Shown here one piece after another: positions 17,986 to 26,632 of a stretch of 64,000 nt of DNA (the stretch's first letter is position 1; the number at the start of each line of letters is the position of its first letter). The DNA is taken from contig JBOEGF010000010.1 of NCBI GenBank assembly GCA_050633305.1, positions 128,001 through 192,000 on the forward strand, in the 5' to 3' direction. A program made the position numbers and the translations under genes. This stretch comes from Nannocystales bacterium (GTDB lineage: Bacteria > Myxococcota_A > Polyangia > Nannocystales > Nannocystaceae). The notes below the pieces were generated by a model that did not search any database, had not been told where the DNA came from, and saw nothing but the letters and a program-made list of their open reading frames with translations.

Positions 17986-18903
17986 TCAGTTACACACGAA
18001 CGGGAATGTGCTTCCCAGATATCCGGCCGTCACGTCGATGCGAAGCGCGTCGGGGGTCGCTCCTACGAGTGCTCCGGGTCCGGGGACGCAGGTCAGCGTG
18101 GGATGACTCGCGGTGACCTCGACTTCGCCGACATCGACGTTGAGCCAACCGGCGAACCCGACTTGGGTCGTTTCGGTCAGCATGGGGTCGATGCCCTTCG
18201 GGGTGAGGTAGCCGAGCGCCCCCGAGGGAGGCGTCATGGTGAACGACACGCCTTCGACCAGCGAACCGTCACCATCGGAGACCGCGAGTGCGAGGTGCCC
18301 CAAGCCGTCGTCGATTTCCTCGCCCAGCGAGACGGCGAGAACGGCCGCGGCCAGCGTGGAGAGTAGGTTGTAGTTGAGGAGCTGGTCCTCCATCGGACCT
18401 TCGCCCCAGAACAACGAAGGGAAGCGGCTGGGCCCGGTGAACTCGATTGCGCCCTCCGCAACAGGCACGTTCATCAGGGTGTAGCCGCCCAGGGCGTCGG
18501 TGGTCGCGCAGGGGATGCCTTTCTGCCCGAAGACACAAACGCTCATGCCCGCGAGGGGGTCGGGAGTTCCGAAGTCGGTGACGGTTCCGGAGAGAGTCAC
18601 GGTGGGGACGGAGCCGGTCGACGAGCTGTCTCCGCTGCCATCCGAGTCGTCGCTCCCGCTGGTCGTGTCGCCAGTCGAACTGCCAGTGTCGGAACCGCTG
18701 CTGCTGCTCGTGTCGTCGACTGACGAAGTGGACCCGCTGCTGGACGTCGAGGACGTGCTCGGCGTGGGGCCGGAGTCCTCGGTGGTGCTGCTGGTTGCGG
18801 CGGAGCCGGTCGAGCCGTCGGCTTCGGACGTGTCATCCCCACATCCTGCCAGCGCCATCGCGGTCGCAAGAATCATCGCTCGTGATTGCACTTCAAGTTT
18901 CAT
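17986..18903 (-). CDS. Lipoprotein with carboxypeptidase-regulatory-like beta-sandwich domains
   Basis: LAGCGDD, long Ser/Thr tether, TLSGTVTDFGTPDPLAG...TDALGGYTL. Confidence 0.75.
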   Translation of the reverse strand: MKLEVQSRAMILATAMALAGCGDDTSEADGSTGSAATSSTTEDSGPTPSTSSTSSSGSTSSVDDTSSSSGSDTGSSTGDTTSGSDDSDGSGDSSSTGSVPTVTLSGTVTDFGTPDPLAGMSVCVFGQKGIPCATTDALGGYTLMNVPVAEGAIEFTGPSRFPSLFWGEGPMEDQLLNYNLLSTLAAAVLAVSLGEEIDDGLGHLALAVSDGDGSLVEGVSFTMTPPSGALGYLTPKGIDPMLTETTQVGFAGWLNVDVGEVEVTASHPTLTCVPGPGALVGATPDALRIDVTAGYLGSTFPFVCN

Positions 18904-18941
18904 GTCAGCCCTGCATGCGCCGTCTCCGACGCTCGGGGGCG

Positions 18942-18970
18942 ACTCTTTCCTCAGGTCATGGCGATGTCAA
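18942..18970 (-). promoter_or_regulatory. Candidate sigma70 promoter for the 18903 lipoprotein
   Basis: Minus strand reads TTGACA-17 nt-AAGAGT: perfect -35, weak -10. Confidence 0.4.
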
Positions 18971-19246
18971 CTCGTGCCCGACTCTGGGTTGGCCCGAAGC
19001 GCGCGCGTTCGAGGATTCCGGTGCGCTGCGTTACTGGAGGAACCGGGGCCTACTGAACTCGGCGACCGGCCCGTGACCCGCACGCTTGGGGTTGTTGGCG
19101 GACGATCCGAGGAGAGAAACACGGGAACGTCCCTGCAATCGATCGGTCGACCGTTCAGGTCGTTGGCGTGAGAGAGACGCTGCCGCGCCAACGCTCACCC
19201 GCAATCCGTGAAGACCGGATGTGGGGGGGAGCGCGGCCGAGGAGGA

Positions 19247-20464
19247 CTATTTGGTGACCGTCTGGATCGACAGCAGGACCGACCATGCGAAGTCGCCATC
19301 GACCTCACAAACGACCTCGTGCAGACCGCCAAACGCATCGTCCGGGAGGTTGACCGTGCATGTGCCGACGAGCTGGTCGACCAACACGTCCGAGTCACGC
19401 ATGCGGAAGGTCAGCGGCTCCTGCAGGGTGGGCGTGAGGACGGCCGAGGTGACGGTCTCGTTCCACACCGGGTCGAGCGTGTTGTCGGGGAACATCGATT
19501 CGAAGTCGAGTTCGGCGATGTCGAGGTAGGGGTCGGGTGCGCCGCCAAAGGCATCCCACGTTCCGCCACCGGGTTGCATGGCCACGATCTCGCCATCGAG
19601 GAGGGTGACCTGCCACTGCACGCCGGGGTTGGGTGCGCAGTCCACCCCGTCGCAGGACTGTCCGTCGCTGCAGACCTCACAGGTTTCCTGGAAGCCGCAT
19701 TCGGTATCGTCGAACCCGTCGTAGCACGTGTCGCCGATGCAACACCCATCGCAGGTCTCGAGGCAGCCGGGGGAGCTGCACACACCAAAGTCGCAGTTTT
19801 GGTCGCCGACGCACGCCTCGCAGTCGAAGCCGAGGTACCCGCACGCGGTCGCATCTTGGTCCTCATCGTCGATGCACTCGCCGTCGGCGGTGCAGCAGCC
19901 GAAGCATGTGTCCTCGCAGGGAAGTTCGCAGACGCCTGCGGTGCACGTGGCTTCGCTGTCACACTCGGTGCATTCCGAACCATCCGCGCCGCATTGGGCA
20001 TCGGTCGGCTGCTCGACGCAGTCGTCGCCAGCGCAGCACCCGTCGCAGTTGTCCGGTCCGCATTCAGGCGGTGCCTCGCACAGACCCTCGGCGCACTGGG
20101 ATGCGCCTTCGCAGACCACGCATGGGGAGCCGCCGCGGCCGCACGACTCGTCGAACTCGCCGGCTTCGCAGATCCCCGCCGCGTTGATGCATCCTAGGCA
20201 GCCCTCGTCGGAGTCGGAGGGGTCGAGCGTCGGATCGGACGCCGTAGGCGATGTGTTGGAAGACTGTGTCGCGGTGGTCGGGACCGCACTTGTGACTCCC
20301 GCGGTGGTCGGGCCGGTCGTGGTGTCGTCGCTGTCCTCACCCGTACTTGCTCCGGCCGAAGCCGTGCCTGTGGGGGAGGCGCTGTCCGTCGCTTCACCGC
20401 CTGTGCATCCCCCTGCGAGGATCGCGCAAAACACCCAGGTCGCTTCAAATCGTCGCTGCCCCAC
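19247..20464 (-). CDS. Cys-rich lipoprotein with C-terminal C2 domain
   Basis: LAGGC, Thr-rich tether, CxGCC...CG..GxxCxxC repeats, then DAFGGAPDPY, NTLDPVWNE and RDSDVLVDQLVG. Confidence 0.75.
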   Translation of the reverse strand: MGQRRFEATWVFCAILAGGCTGGEATDSASPTGTASAGASTGEDSDDTTTGPTTAGVTSAVPTTATQSSNTSPTASDPTLDPSDSDEGCLGCINAAGICEAGEFDESCGRGGSPCVVCEGASQCAEGLCEAPPECGPDNCDGCCAGDDCVEQPTDAQCGADGSECTECDSEATCTAGVCELPCEDTCFGCCTADGECIDDEDQDATACGYLGFDCEACVGDQNCDFGVCSSPGCLETCDGCCIGDTCYDGFDDTECGFQETCEVCSDGQSCDGVDCAPNPGVQWQVTLLDGEIVAMQPGGGTWDAFGGAPDPYLDIAELDFESMFPDNTLDPVWNETVTSAVLTPTLQEPLTFRMRDSDVLVDQLVGTCTVNLPDDAFGGLHEVVCEVDGDFAWSVLLSIQTVTK

Positions 20465-20618
20465 CGCCGAGTGACACTGACATGGCCGGCCGTGTCTTGT
20501 CGAACACCCGTCCTGGTCGCAGGAGATAACCAGTTTTGTTTCATGGGTTTACGGGCGCCTCCGAAAAAAGATGGGCTCGGTCGCGGACAGTTTTGGCACT
20601 CGGGTTACCTGGGGGACG

Positions 20619-22301
20619 ATGACGGACGGGAAGATGTGGGCGCCGCTGGCCGGACTTGCTCTGGTGGCTGGCTGCTACTCCGGTGTTGAAGTCGGGGTGA
20701 CCGCGGGCGCGGATTCCGAGTCGGCTGGACCTTCGGCGTCCGGCAACGCAGATGACTCGGACGGGTCCGGTGAATCTGGTGGGGACGCAGAGGTCCCCGA
20801 GCTTCCTCAGCTGGTCGCCCACTCGGGCATGCGCCGGCTGACACGGGTGGAGTACGTCGAGACGGTCCAAGACCTGACCGGGGTGGCGTTGGCGAGCGGA
20901 GCCTCTTCGCTTCCCTCCGACGACCTGGTGCCCTTCGACAACGACTACACAACCCAGGCCGAGTCTGCATCGCTCATTGTGGCCGCTGAGTCGTTGGCCG
21001 GTGAGGCGGCCCAAGGCCTTCTCGACGATCCTCAGCTTTGGGGTGCTGTGGTGCCGTGTGAGGCGTCGGCCGTGGACGCTGATTGCTTCGACACCTTTGT
21101 CCGATCGTTTGGCCGTCGGGCGCTTCGACGGCCGGTGACGGACGAAGAGGTGACGCGCTGGGGCACCTGGATGATGGACGAGGCCGAGGTTGCAGGGGAC
21201 TCCAGCATGGCCATCGCCATCGCGGTCAGAATGTTCCTGCAGCACCCCGAGTTCCTCTATCGCATCGACGCGGGGGAGCCCACGGAGGACCCCGACGTGG
21301 TCCGGCTCGACGATTGGGCGGTGGCCTCGCGGTTGTCGTTCCTGTTGTGGGGGGTCGGTCCTGACGATGCCCTGCTCGATGCGGCTGCGGCGGGTCGGCT
21401 CGGCACGCCCAGCGACATCGAGACCGAAGCGATCCGGATGCTCGCAGACGAGCGCGCAAAACAGCGTGTCCAGCGTTTTCACGCGATGTGGATGGGCTAC
21501 GAGGTCATGGCGATCGGCGGCGACCTCGGTGACTCCATGCGTGCGGAGACGGCGGCGCTGATCAACCGCGTCGTCTTCGACGAAGAGGTGGTCTGGCAGG
21601 ACCTCTTCCGCAGCGAAGAGACGTTTGTGGATGATGCCCTTGCTCAGCACTACGGGATCGAAGCTCCGGCGAACACCGCGGGAGACTGGGTGAACTACGG
21701 CGAGAGCGGACGGACCGGGATTCTCTCCCACGGCACCTTCCTCTCCAACGGGTTCAAGGATGGCGACACAAGCCCGATCGTTCGCGGCCATGTCGTCAGC
21801 TCCATGCTTCTGTGCTTGGAGGTCCCCGAGCCTCCCGCCGATGTGCCACCGCCCCCCGAACCGGTTGAGGGCGCCTGCAAGATCGACGAAGCGGCGGCTC
21901 ACCTGACCCAAGCCAGCTGTGCCGGCTGCCACGCGATGCTCGACACGCTCGGCTTCGGTCTCGAGAACTACGACGAGTTTGGGCAATGGCGTCCAACGGA
22001 CCCGGGCAAACCCGAGTGCGAGATCGAGGGCGATGGGGAGGTGCCTGGACTTGGGAAGTTCAACGGGCCTGGAGAGCTTGGGATCTTGCTCTCAGACAGC
22101 AAGTTGCTCAACCAATGCCTCGCAGAGCAGGCCTATCGCTTTGCCGTCGGTCGTACCGAACTCGACGCCGTCGACAACGGAATTATCGAGCGCACCATGG
22201 AGGAACTCGGGGAAGGTGACTTCGAGTTCAAGGAACTCCTCCTTCAGCATGTCACCGACCCCTCTTTCGGATTTGCTCGCCAGCACACGGAGAACGACTG
22301 A
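20619..22301 (+). CDS. DUF1587/1595/1592/1588/1585 lipoprotein with a CxxCH motif
   Basis: VAGC lipobox; MRRLTRVEY, FGRRALRRP, ASRLSFLLW, TSPIVRG, CAGCH, GFGLENYD. Confidence 0.85.
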   Translation: MTDGKMWAPLAGLALVAGCYSGVEVGVTAGADSESAGPSASGNADDSDGSGESGGDAEVPELPQLVAHSGMRRLTRVEYVETVQDLTGVALASGASSLPSDDLVPFDNDYTTQAESASLIVAAESLAGEAAQGLLDDPQLWGAVVPCEASAVDADCFDTFVRSFGRRALRRPVTDEEVTRWGTWMMDEAEVAGDSSMAIAIAVRMFLQHPEFLYRIDAGEPTEDPDVVRLDDWAVASRLSFLLWGVGPDDALLDAAAAGRLGTPSDIETEAIRMLADERAKQRVQRFHAMWMGYEVMAIGGDLGDSMRAETAALINRVVFDEEVVWQDLFRSEETFVDDALAQHYGIEAPANTAGDWVNYGESGRTGILSHGTFLSNGFKDGDTSPIVRGHVVSSMLLCLEVPEPPADVPPPPEPVEGACKIDEAAAHLTQASCAGCHAMLDTLGFGLENYDEFGQWRPTDPGKPECEIEGDGEVPGLGKFNGPGELGILLSDSKLLNQCLAEQAYRFAVGRTELDAVDNGIIERTMEELGEGDFEFKELLLQHVTDPSFGFARQHTEND

Positions 22302-23755
22302 TGTCCCGACGCCTCTCTCGACGAAGTTTTCTGGCCGGTACCGGCGGCGCTGCGCTCTGCCTCCCGGTGCTCGAATCGATGTTGCCGCGCTCCGCTGTTG
22401 CGGGTGGGGGGGGCACCCCAACGCGCTATGTCTTCTGCTACGCAGGAACTTCGAGCGGTCGATACAACACCCCGAACGAGGGCGAGATCCTCGTTCCCAG
22501 CTCGCACGGCGACCTCGAAACGGTGGGTGCGTCGATGCACTCCCTACAGCCGCTGTTCAACGAAGGCGTTGGACAGGACGTCTCGTTGGTGTCGAACCTC
22601 ATGATCCCGTGGGGCAGCGGAACCCTGGCACCTGGCGGACGGCTCACCGAGCTCGACTTCCACTTCGGCCCGACGGTGACGCCTCAGCTCTCCGGCATGA
22701 AGGCGATCGTCAAGGCGAGGATGGACGGGGCCAGCTCCGACCAGCTGATGGTGCAGTCGATGGCACCCGATACCGTCGTGCCCTCGCTCAGCCAGCGGGT
22801 CCAGCCGATCGACTACATGGGAGGAAACGGCGGCTCCGCCGGCCGGATCTCGTTCCGCGACGACGGTGGCTCGATCACGCCGATCGACCCGTTTGTATCC
22901 CCGCGCGAGACCTTCAACTACCTCAACTCGGTCTTCTTGCCGCCGGACGCATCACCCGAGATGCTGGCCGCGATCGAACGGCGCGCGAGCGTACTCGATG
23001 AGGTCGGTGGAGCCGCGCAGGCGCTGATGGCACGACTCGGAAGCTCCGACCGAGAGCGGTTGCAGCGTCACCTTCACGAGGTCGAACTCCTCGAGAGTCA
23101 GCTTCGCAGTGGCGCGGGGGATATCTCCGGCGCCTGCCTGGGCCCGATGGATCCTGGTGAGGATCCTGCCCTCGGCGGTCAGGTCGCTGGCGTCGACCAG
23201 ATCGACGGAAGCCTCGGGTGGAGCGACGAAGACACTCGCGCGATGCGGCAGATGGAGTTGATCCGGATGGCGTTTAGCTGCGACGTCACGCGTTTTGCCT
23301 CCCTACAGATGACAAACTGGAAGTCGTGGATGGGCGCGTCCAACATCGGCGCGGGTTGGGACATCGACATCCACGAGATCGGACACACCGGTGCGATGCC
23401 GAAAGAGGCGATGGGGGACGTTGTCGGCTGGCACGTCGGTCAGTTTGCGAAGTTGGTCCGCATGCTCAAGGAAACGCCGGAGTGGGACGGGAGCTCGCTG
23501 CTCGACAACACTGCGCTCGTGCTGTGCTTTGAGGGCGGACACGGAGAAGACCCGATCGATGGTGGGTACAGCACGCACTCTACCCAGAACATGTCGGTGC
23601 TCGTTGCCGGAAACGTGGGTGGCCTCGTCGCGGGACAACACATCGATGGCCAAGGCAGCCACCCCGCGGAGGTGACACTCACGGCGATGCGAGCTGCAGG
23701 GTACGGCGGAGACTTCGGAGACTTCTCGTCCGAACTCGCCGGCCTGCGCGGCTGA
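22301..23755 (+). CDS. DUF1552 family protein with Tat signal
   Basis: LSRRSFLAG, LPVLESM, SVLD, DRERLQRHL, SLLDNT; TGATG overlap with the upstream gene. Confidence 0.85.
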   Translation: MSRRLSRRSFLAGTGGAALCLPVLESMLPRSAVAGGGGTPTRYVFCYAGTSSGRYNTPNEGEILVPSSHGDLETVGASMHSLQPLFNEGVGQDVSLVSNLMIPWGSGTLAPGGRLTELDFHFGPTVTPQLSGMKAIVKARMDGASSDQLMVQSMAPDTVVPSLSQRVQPIDYMGGNGGSAGRISFRDDGGSITPIDPFVSPRETFNYLNSVFLPPDASPEMLAAIERRASVLDEVGGAAQALMARLGSSDRERLQRHLHEVELLESQLRSGAGDISGACLGPMDPGEDPALGGQVAGVDQIDGSLGWSDEDTRAMRQMELIRMAFSCDVTRFASLQMTNWKSWMGASNIGAGWDIDIHEIGHTGAMPKEAMGDVVGWHVGQFAKLVRMLKETPEWDGSSLLDNTALVLCFEGGHGEDPIDGGYSTHSTQNMSVLVAGNVGGLVAGQHIDGQGSHPAEVTLTAMRAAGYGGDFGDFSSELAGLRG

Positions 23756-23757
23756 CC

Positions 23758-25248
23758 TCAACCCTTACGTCGCGAGGGCGGCAGCAGGTTTTCGAGTGCC
23801 GAGTCAGGTTTCTGGCTCGGCTTTTTCTTGGCCTTACGTCGACGAGATTTTTTCTTGGCACGAGTTGCTGGCGCCGGGGAGAGGTCGATCATCTGCGGGG
23901 TTTGATCGGGCCGGGGCGGGGGCTGGGACTGGGGCTGGGGCTGGGGCTCGGGCGCGGGTTCCACGACGGGCTCAGGTTCCGCGACGGGTGCGGGGCCAGG
24001 AGAGTCCGGAGTGATCACCGCTGCAGGCTGTTGCGAGGGGGCGGGGCTGGGGGATGTGGTGGCTTGGCTTGCCCACGGGTTTGCAAGTGCAACGCCGCCG
24101 ACCGCGACGAGTCCCAGCACAACGCCGGCCAACCATGGGCGCTTCGGCGACGGATGGGTCGGGGATTCGAGTTCGGGGACAGAAGCTGGGGCGGCCTCGA
24201 CCCCTCCGGACAGCATGAACGCGGTGCCGCCGGACTCCCGCATGGATGTACCCGAAACGGGGGACTGCGGAGCCCAACTCGAGGGGTCGTCGAGTTCGAG
24301 ATCCAACGTTGCGAGATAGTCGGCGAGAACCGCGTCCGAGGTTCGGATCCGGTGATCGAGCGCGAAGTCTTCGAGCGCAAGCTGAAGGTCGCGGGCCGAA
24401 TCGTAGCGCGCCGCGGGGTCGGCCTCGAGCGTCTTCTCGATGATCGCCGCAAGCCCAGCCGGGAAGTTGGGGTCGCGACGCGTCGGCTTGACGTACTGGG
24501 CGCGCTGGGTGGCGTTGAGCACCGCGAACACGCTGTCGCCGTAGAAACAGCGCCGTCCAGTCGTCATCTCATACAGCAAGATACCGATGCAGAAGACGTC
24601 GCTACGCCGATCTAGAGCCTCGCACCGGACCTGCTCGGGTGACATGTAGCCGGGCTTCCCGACCAGCATGCTGGAGTTCGTTCCCGTGCCGTCGGAGGCG
24701 AATCCCTTTGCGATGCCGAAGTCGGTCAGCTTGATCGCGCCGTCGAGGCTGACCAGAACGTTGGTCGCCGAAACATCGCGATGAACGAGTTCGAGCGGCT
24801 GCCCCTCTGGGCTGCGCTTCTCGTGGGCGTAATGAAGGGCGGCGCAGACCCGGGTTCCCGCCGAGAGCGCGCACTCGAGTGGGAGCTTGTTGTCGACACT
24901 CTTCCGAATCAGTCCGCGCAGGTCGACACCATGCACGTACTCCATTACGATGAAGTGCTCCTGGCCGTCCTGCCCGAAGTCGACCACCTGCGCGATGTTG
25001 GGGTGGTCGAGTGTGGCCGAAAGCTTGGCCTCGCGCATGAACATGCGCATGAAGTTGTCGTCGGTGGCGTACTTGGGCTTGATGCGCTTGAGCGCGAACT
25101 GCTTGGTGAAGCCCTTTGCTCCGGTGCGCTGCGCCAAGTAGAGCACCGCCATCCCTCCAGCGCCGATCTTTCGCAGGCACGTGTAGCGCCCCAGCTGGCG
25201 GCCGACCAGGTCTGGGGTGCTGTCGATCGGCTCGTGCTCGTCGGTCAT
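23758..25248 (-). CDS. Ser/Thr protein kinase with one TM helix and a Pro-rich tail
   Basis: IGAGGMA, ALKRI, HRDVSATN, DFG, YMSPE, DVFCIG. Confidence 0.95.
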   Translation of the reverse strand: MTDEHEPIDSTPDLVGRQLGRYTCLRKIGAGGMAVLYLAQRTGAKGFTKQFALKRIKPKYATDDNFMRMFMREAKLSATLDHPNIAQVVDFGQDGQEHFIVMEYVHGVDLRGLIRKSVDNKLPLECALSAGTRVCAALHYAHEKRSPEGQPLELVHRDVSATNVLVSLDGAIKLTDFGIAKGFASDGTGTNSSMLVGKPGYMSPEQVRCEALDRRSDVFCIGILLYEMTTGRRCFYGDSVFAVLNATQRAQYVKPTRRDPNFPAGLAAIIEKTLEADPAARYDSARDLQLALEDFALDHRIRTSDAVLADYLATLDLELDDPSSWAPQSPVSGTSMRESGGTAFMLSGGVEAAPASVPELESPTHPSPKRPWLAGVVLGLVAVGGVALANPWASQATTSPSPAPSQQPAAVITPDSPGPAPVAEPEPVVEPAPEPQPQPQSQPPPRPDQTPQMIDLSPAPATRAKKKSRRRKAKKKPSQKPDSALENLLPPSRRKG

Positions 25249-25292
25249 CGCTGCGCGAAGGCCTCGCGAAGTGACCGTATCACGCCCCTGGG

Positions 25293-25952
25293 TCAGCGGC
25301 GCCGAAGGACGTGCCGGATCGTGGCACCCAGGAGGACCGCGGCCCCCGTCGCCGCCAACGCGATTCCGACCCCGCTGAGCGTGCCCGCGGTCTGCTCGCG
25401 CTCCAAGTACGTATCGAGCGTTGGGTCCCCGGCGTCACGACGAGCTCGAAGTCCCCACGCTCCACCGTAGGTTGCAGCGCCGCCCGCGACGAGTATGCCT
25501 CCACTGATCCAAAGCGCGAGACCGAGCCGGTCGGGACCCTGTGCCGCAGGGGCAGGTTCCGCGGGACCGGGTTCTGACTCCGCGGGCGGGTCGACGAGTA
25601 CAGGCGGGGGCGGCTCGACGGGTGGCAGCGGGACAGGCTCCGCCACGCCCAGCTCGTCGCGACATTCGCTGAGATTGCGGTCGACCTCGACCCGGTCTTC
25701 GTCGGGTGGGTCCGTCGCCAGGAAGGCCTCGTACAGAGGGACGGCGCTGGCGCAGTTGTTGGAGATGCGCTGGAGCTGAGCTTCGACGTACAGCAGGTCC
25801 GGATCGTCGTGTTGTACCCGAGCACTTCGGATGGTCTCGATTGCGGCTTCGAGGTCTCCTGAGGACGCCTGGGTGCGGGCGCGGTCGATCGCGTCGTCGA
25901 CGGGTCCGAGTGACGCGAGGGCCACTGCGATGCTGACGACGACTTCGAGCAC
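25293..25952 (-). CDS. TPR protein with C-terminal TM hairpin
   Basis: Signal peptide, TPR-like LLYVEAQLQRISNNCASAVPLYEAFL, Pro linker, two C-terminal hydrophobic helices. GTG 25952 has TATTCT 9 nt upstream. Confidence 0.75.
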   Translation of the reverse strand: MLEVVVSIAVALASLGPVDDAIDRARTQASSGDLEAAIETIRSARVQHDDPDLLYVEAQLQRISNNCASAVPLYEAFLATDPPDEDRVEVDRNLSECRDELGVAEPVPLPPVEPPPPVLVDPPAESEPGPAEPAPAAQGPDRLGLALWISGGILVAGGAATYGGAWGLRARRDAGDPTLDTYLEREQTAGTLSGVGIALAATGAAVLLGATIRHVLRRR

Positions 25953-25998
25953 GTGCGCCGGAGAATACCCCGCACAGCCAACAGGGCCCACTGAGGGC

Positions 25999-26607
25999 TC
26001 AATCTTTGCGAGTGAGAGAACGGAGCCAGCTGTCGACGTCGGCGGAGAGTCGCTCTCGTGTCGAGCCGGAGCTCGCGAACTCGTCGATGTGGCCTCGCAG
26101 GGCTTCTCGGGCCCGGGCGAGTCGGCCTCGAGCGGTGCTGGGGACGCATCCTAGGGCGTCCGCGAACTCCTGCGACTTGAGGTCTTCCCAGTAGAACAAG
26201 ACCAACGGTGTCTGCAGCTCCTCTGGGAGCGCGACCAATGCTTGAAGCAATACGCGCTGCTCATCCCGGCGGGAGACAATGGTGCTCATTCCAGTTCGCG
26301 ACGAGCCGCTCTCCGGTCCATCGAGGCGGCTCATCGCGTCGTCGTATCGGCGGCTTCGGAGGTGATTGAGCAGCACATTGCGTGCGATGCCGAACAGAAA
26401 TCCACGAAACGAACCGTCCCCGCGATATGCCGCGAGCGACGCCGCACACGCGGCGAAGGTTCGCTGCACCAGGTCCTCCGCGGCTTGTCCGGTGCGGTAC
26501 TCGAAGAACCGCAGGACGGGCTGGTAGTGCCGGCGAGCCAGCGTGTTTCCGGCACTCGCCGTCCCTTGTCGCCAGGCGGCGAACAGCTCTGCATCGGACC
26601 CTTCCAC
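25999..26607 (-). CDS. ECF sigma factor (myxobacterial type with short C-terminal extension)
   Basis: SDAELFAAWRQG, AEDLVQRTF, FLFGIARN, LVLFYWEDL, TARGRLARAR. Confidence 0.9.
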   Translation of the reverse strand: MEGSDAELFAAWRQGTASAGNTLARRHYQPVLRFFEYRTGQAAEDLVQRTFAACAASLAAYRGDGSFRGFLFGIARNVLLNHLRSRRYDDAMSRLDGPESGSSRTGMSTIVSRRDEQRVLLQALVALPEELQTPLVLFYWEDLKSQEFADALGCVPSTARGRLARAREALRGHIDEFASSGSTRERLSADVDSWLRSLTRKD

Positions 26608-26616
26608 CCGGGTTGG

Positions 26617-26626
26617 ATGGTACTGT
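26617..26626. promoter_or_regulatory. Overlapping divergent -10 boxes
   Basis: Plus-strand TGGTACTGT lies 6 nt before GTG 26633; minus-strand TACCAT lies 9 nt before GTG 26607. Confidence 0.5.
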
Positions 26627-26632
26627 ACTGAC

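Noticed and set aside
19161..19193. Inverted repeat CGTTGGCGTG...CGCGCCAACG as terminator or ncRNA
   Set aside because: No U tract and no recognisable RNA family.
20479..20496. Imperfect palindrome GACATGGCCGGCCGTGTC in a divergent spacer
   Set aside because: Single GC-rich occurrence with no cognate regulator nearby; may be chance.
20594..20608. Sigma54-like TGGCACTCGGGTTAC
   Set aside because: The conserved -12 GC is AC, and the site is very close to the start codon.
23908..23952. G-quadruplex-like G runs (also 27011-27031)
   Set aside because: Explained by Pro-Gln and Gly-Val codons.
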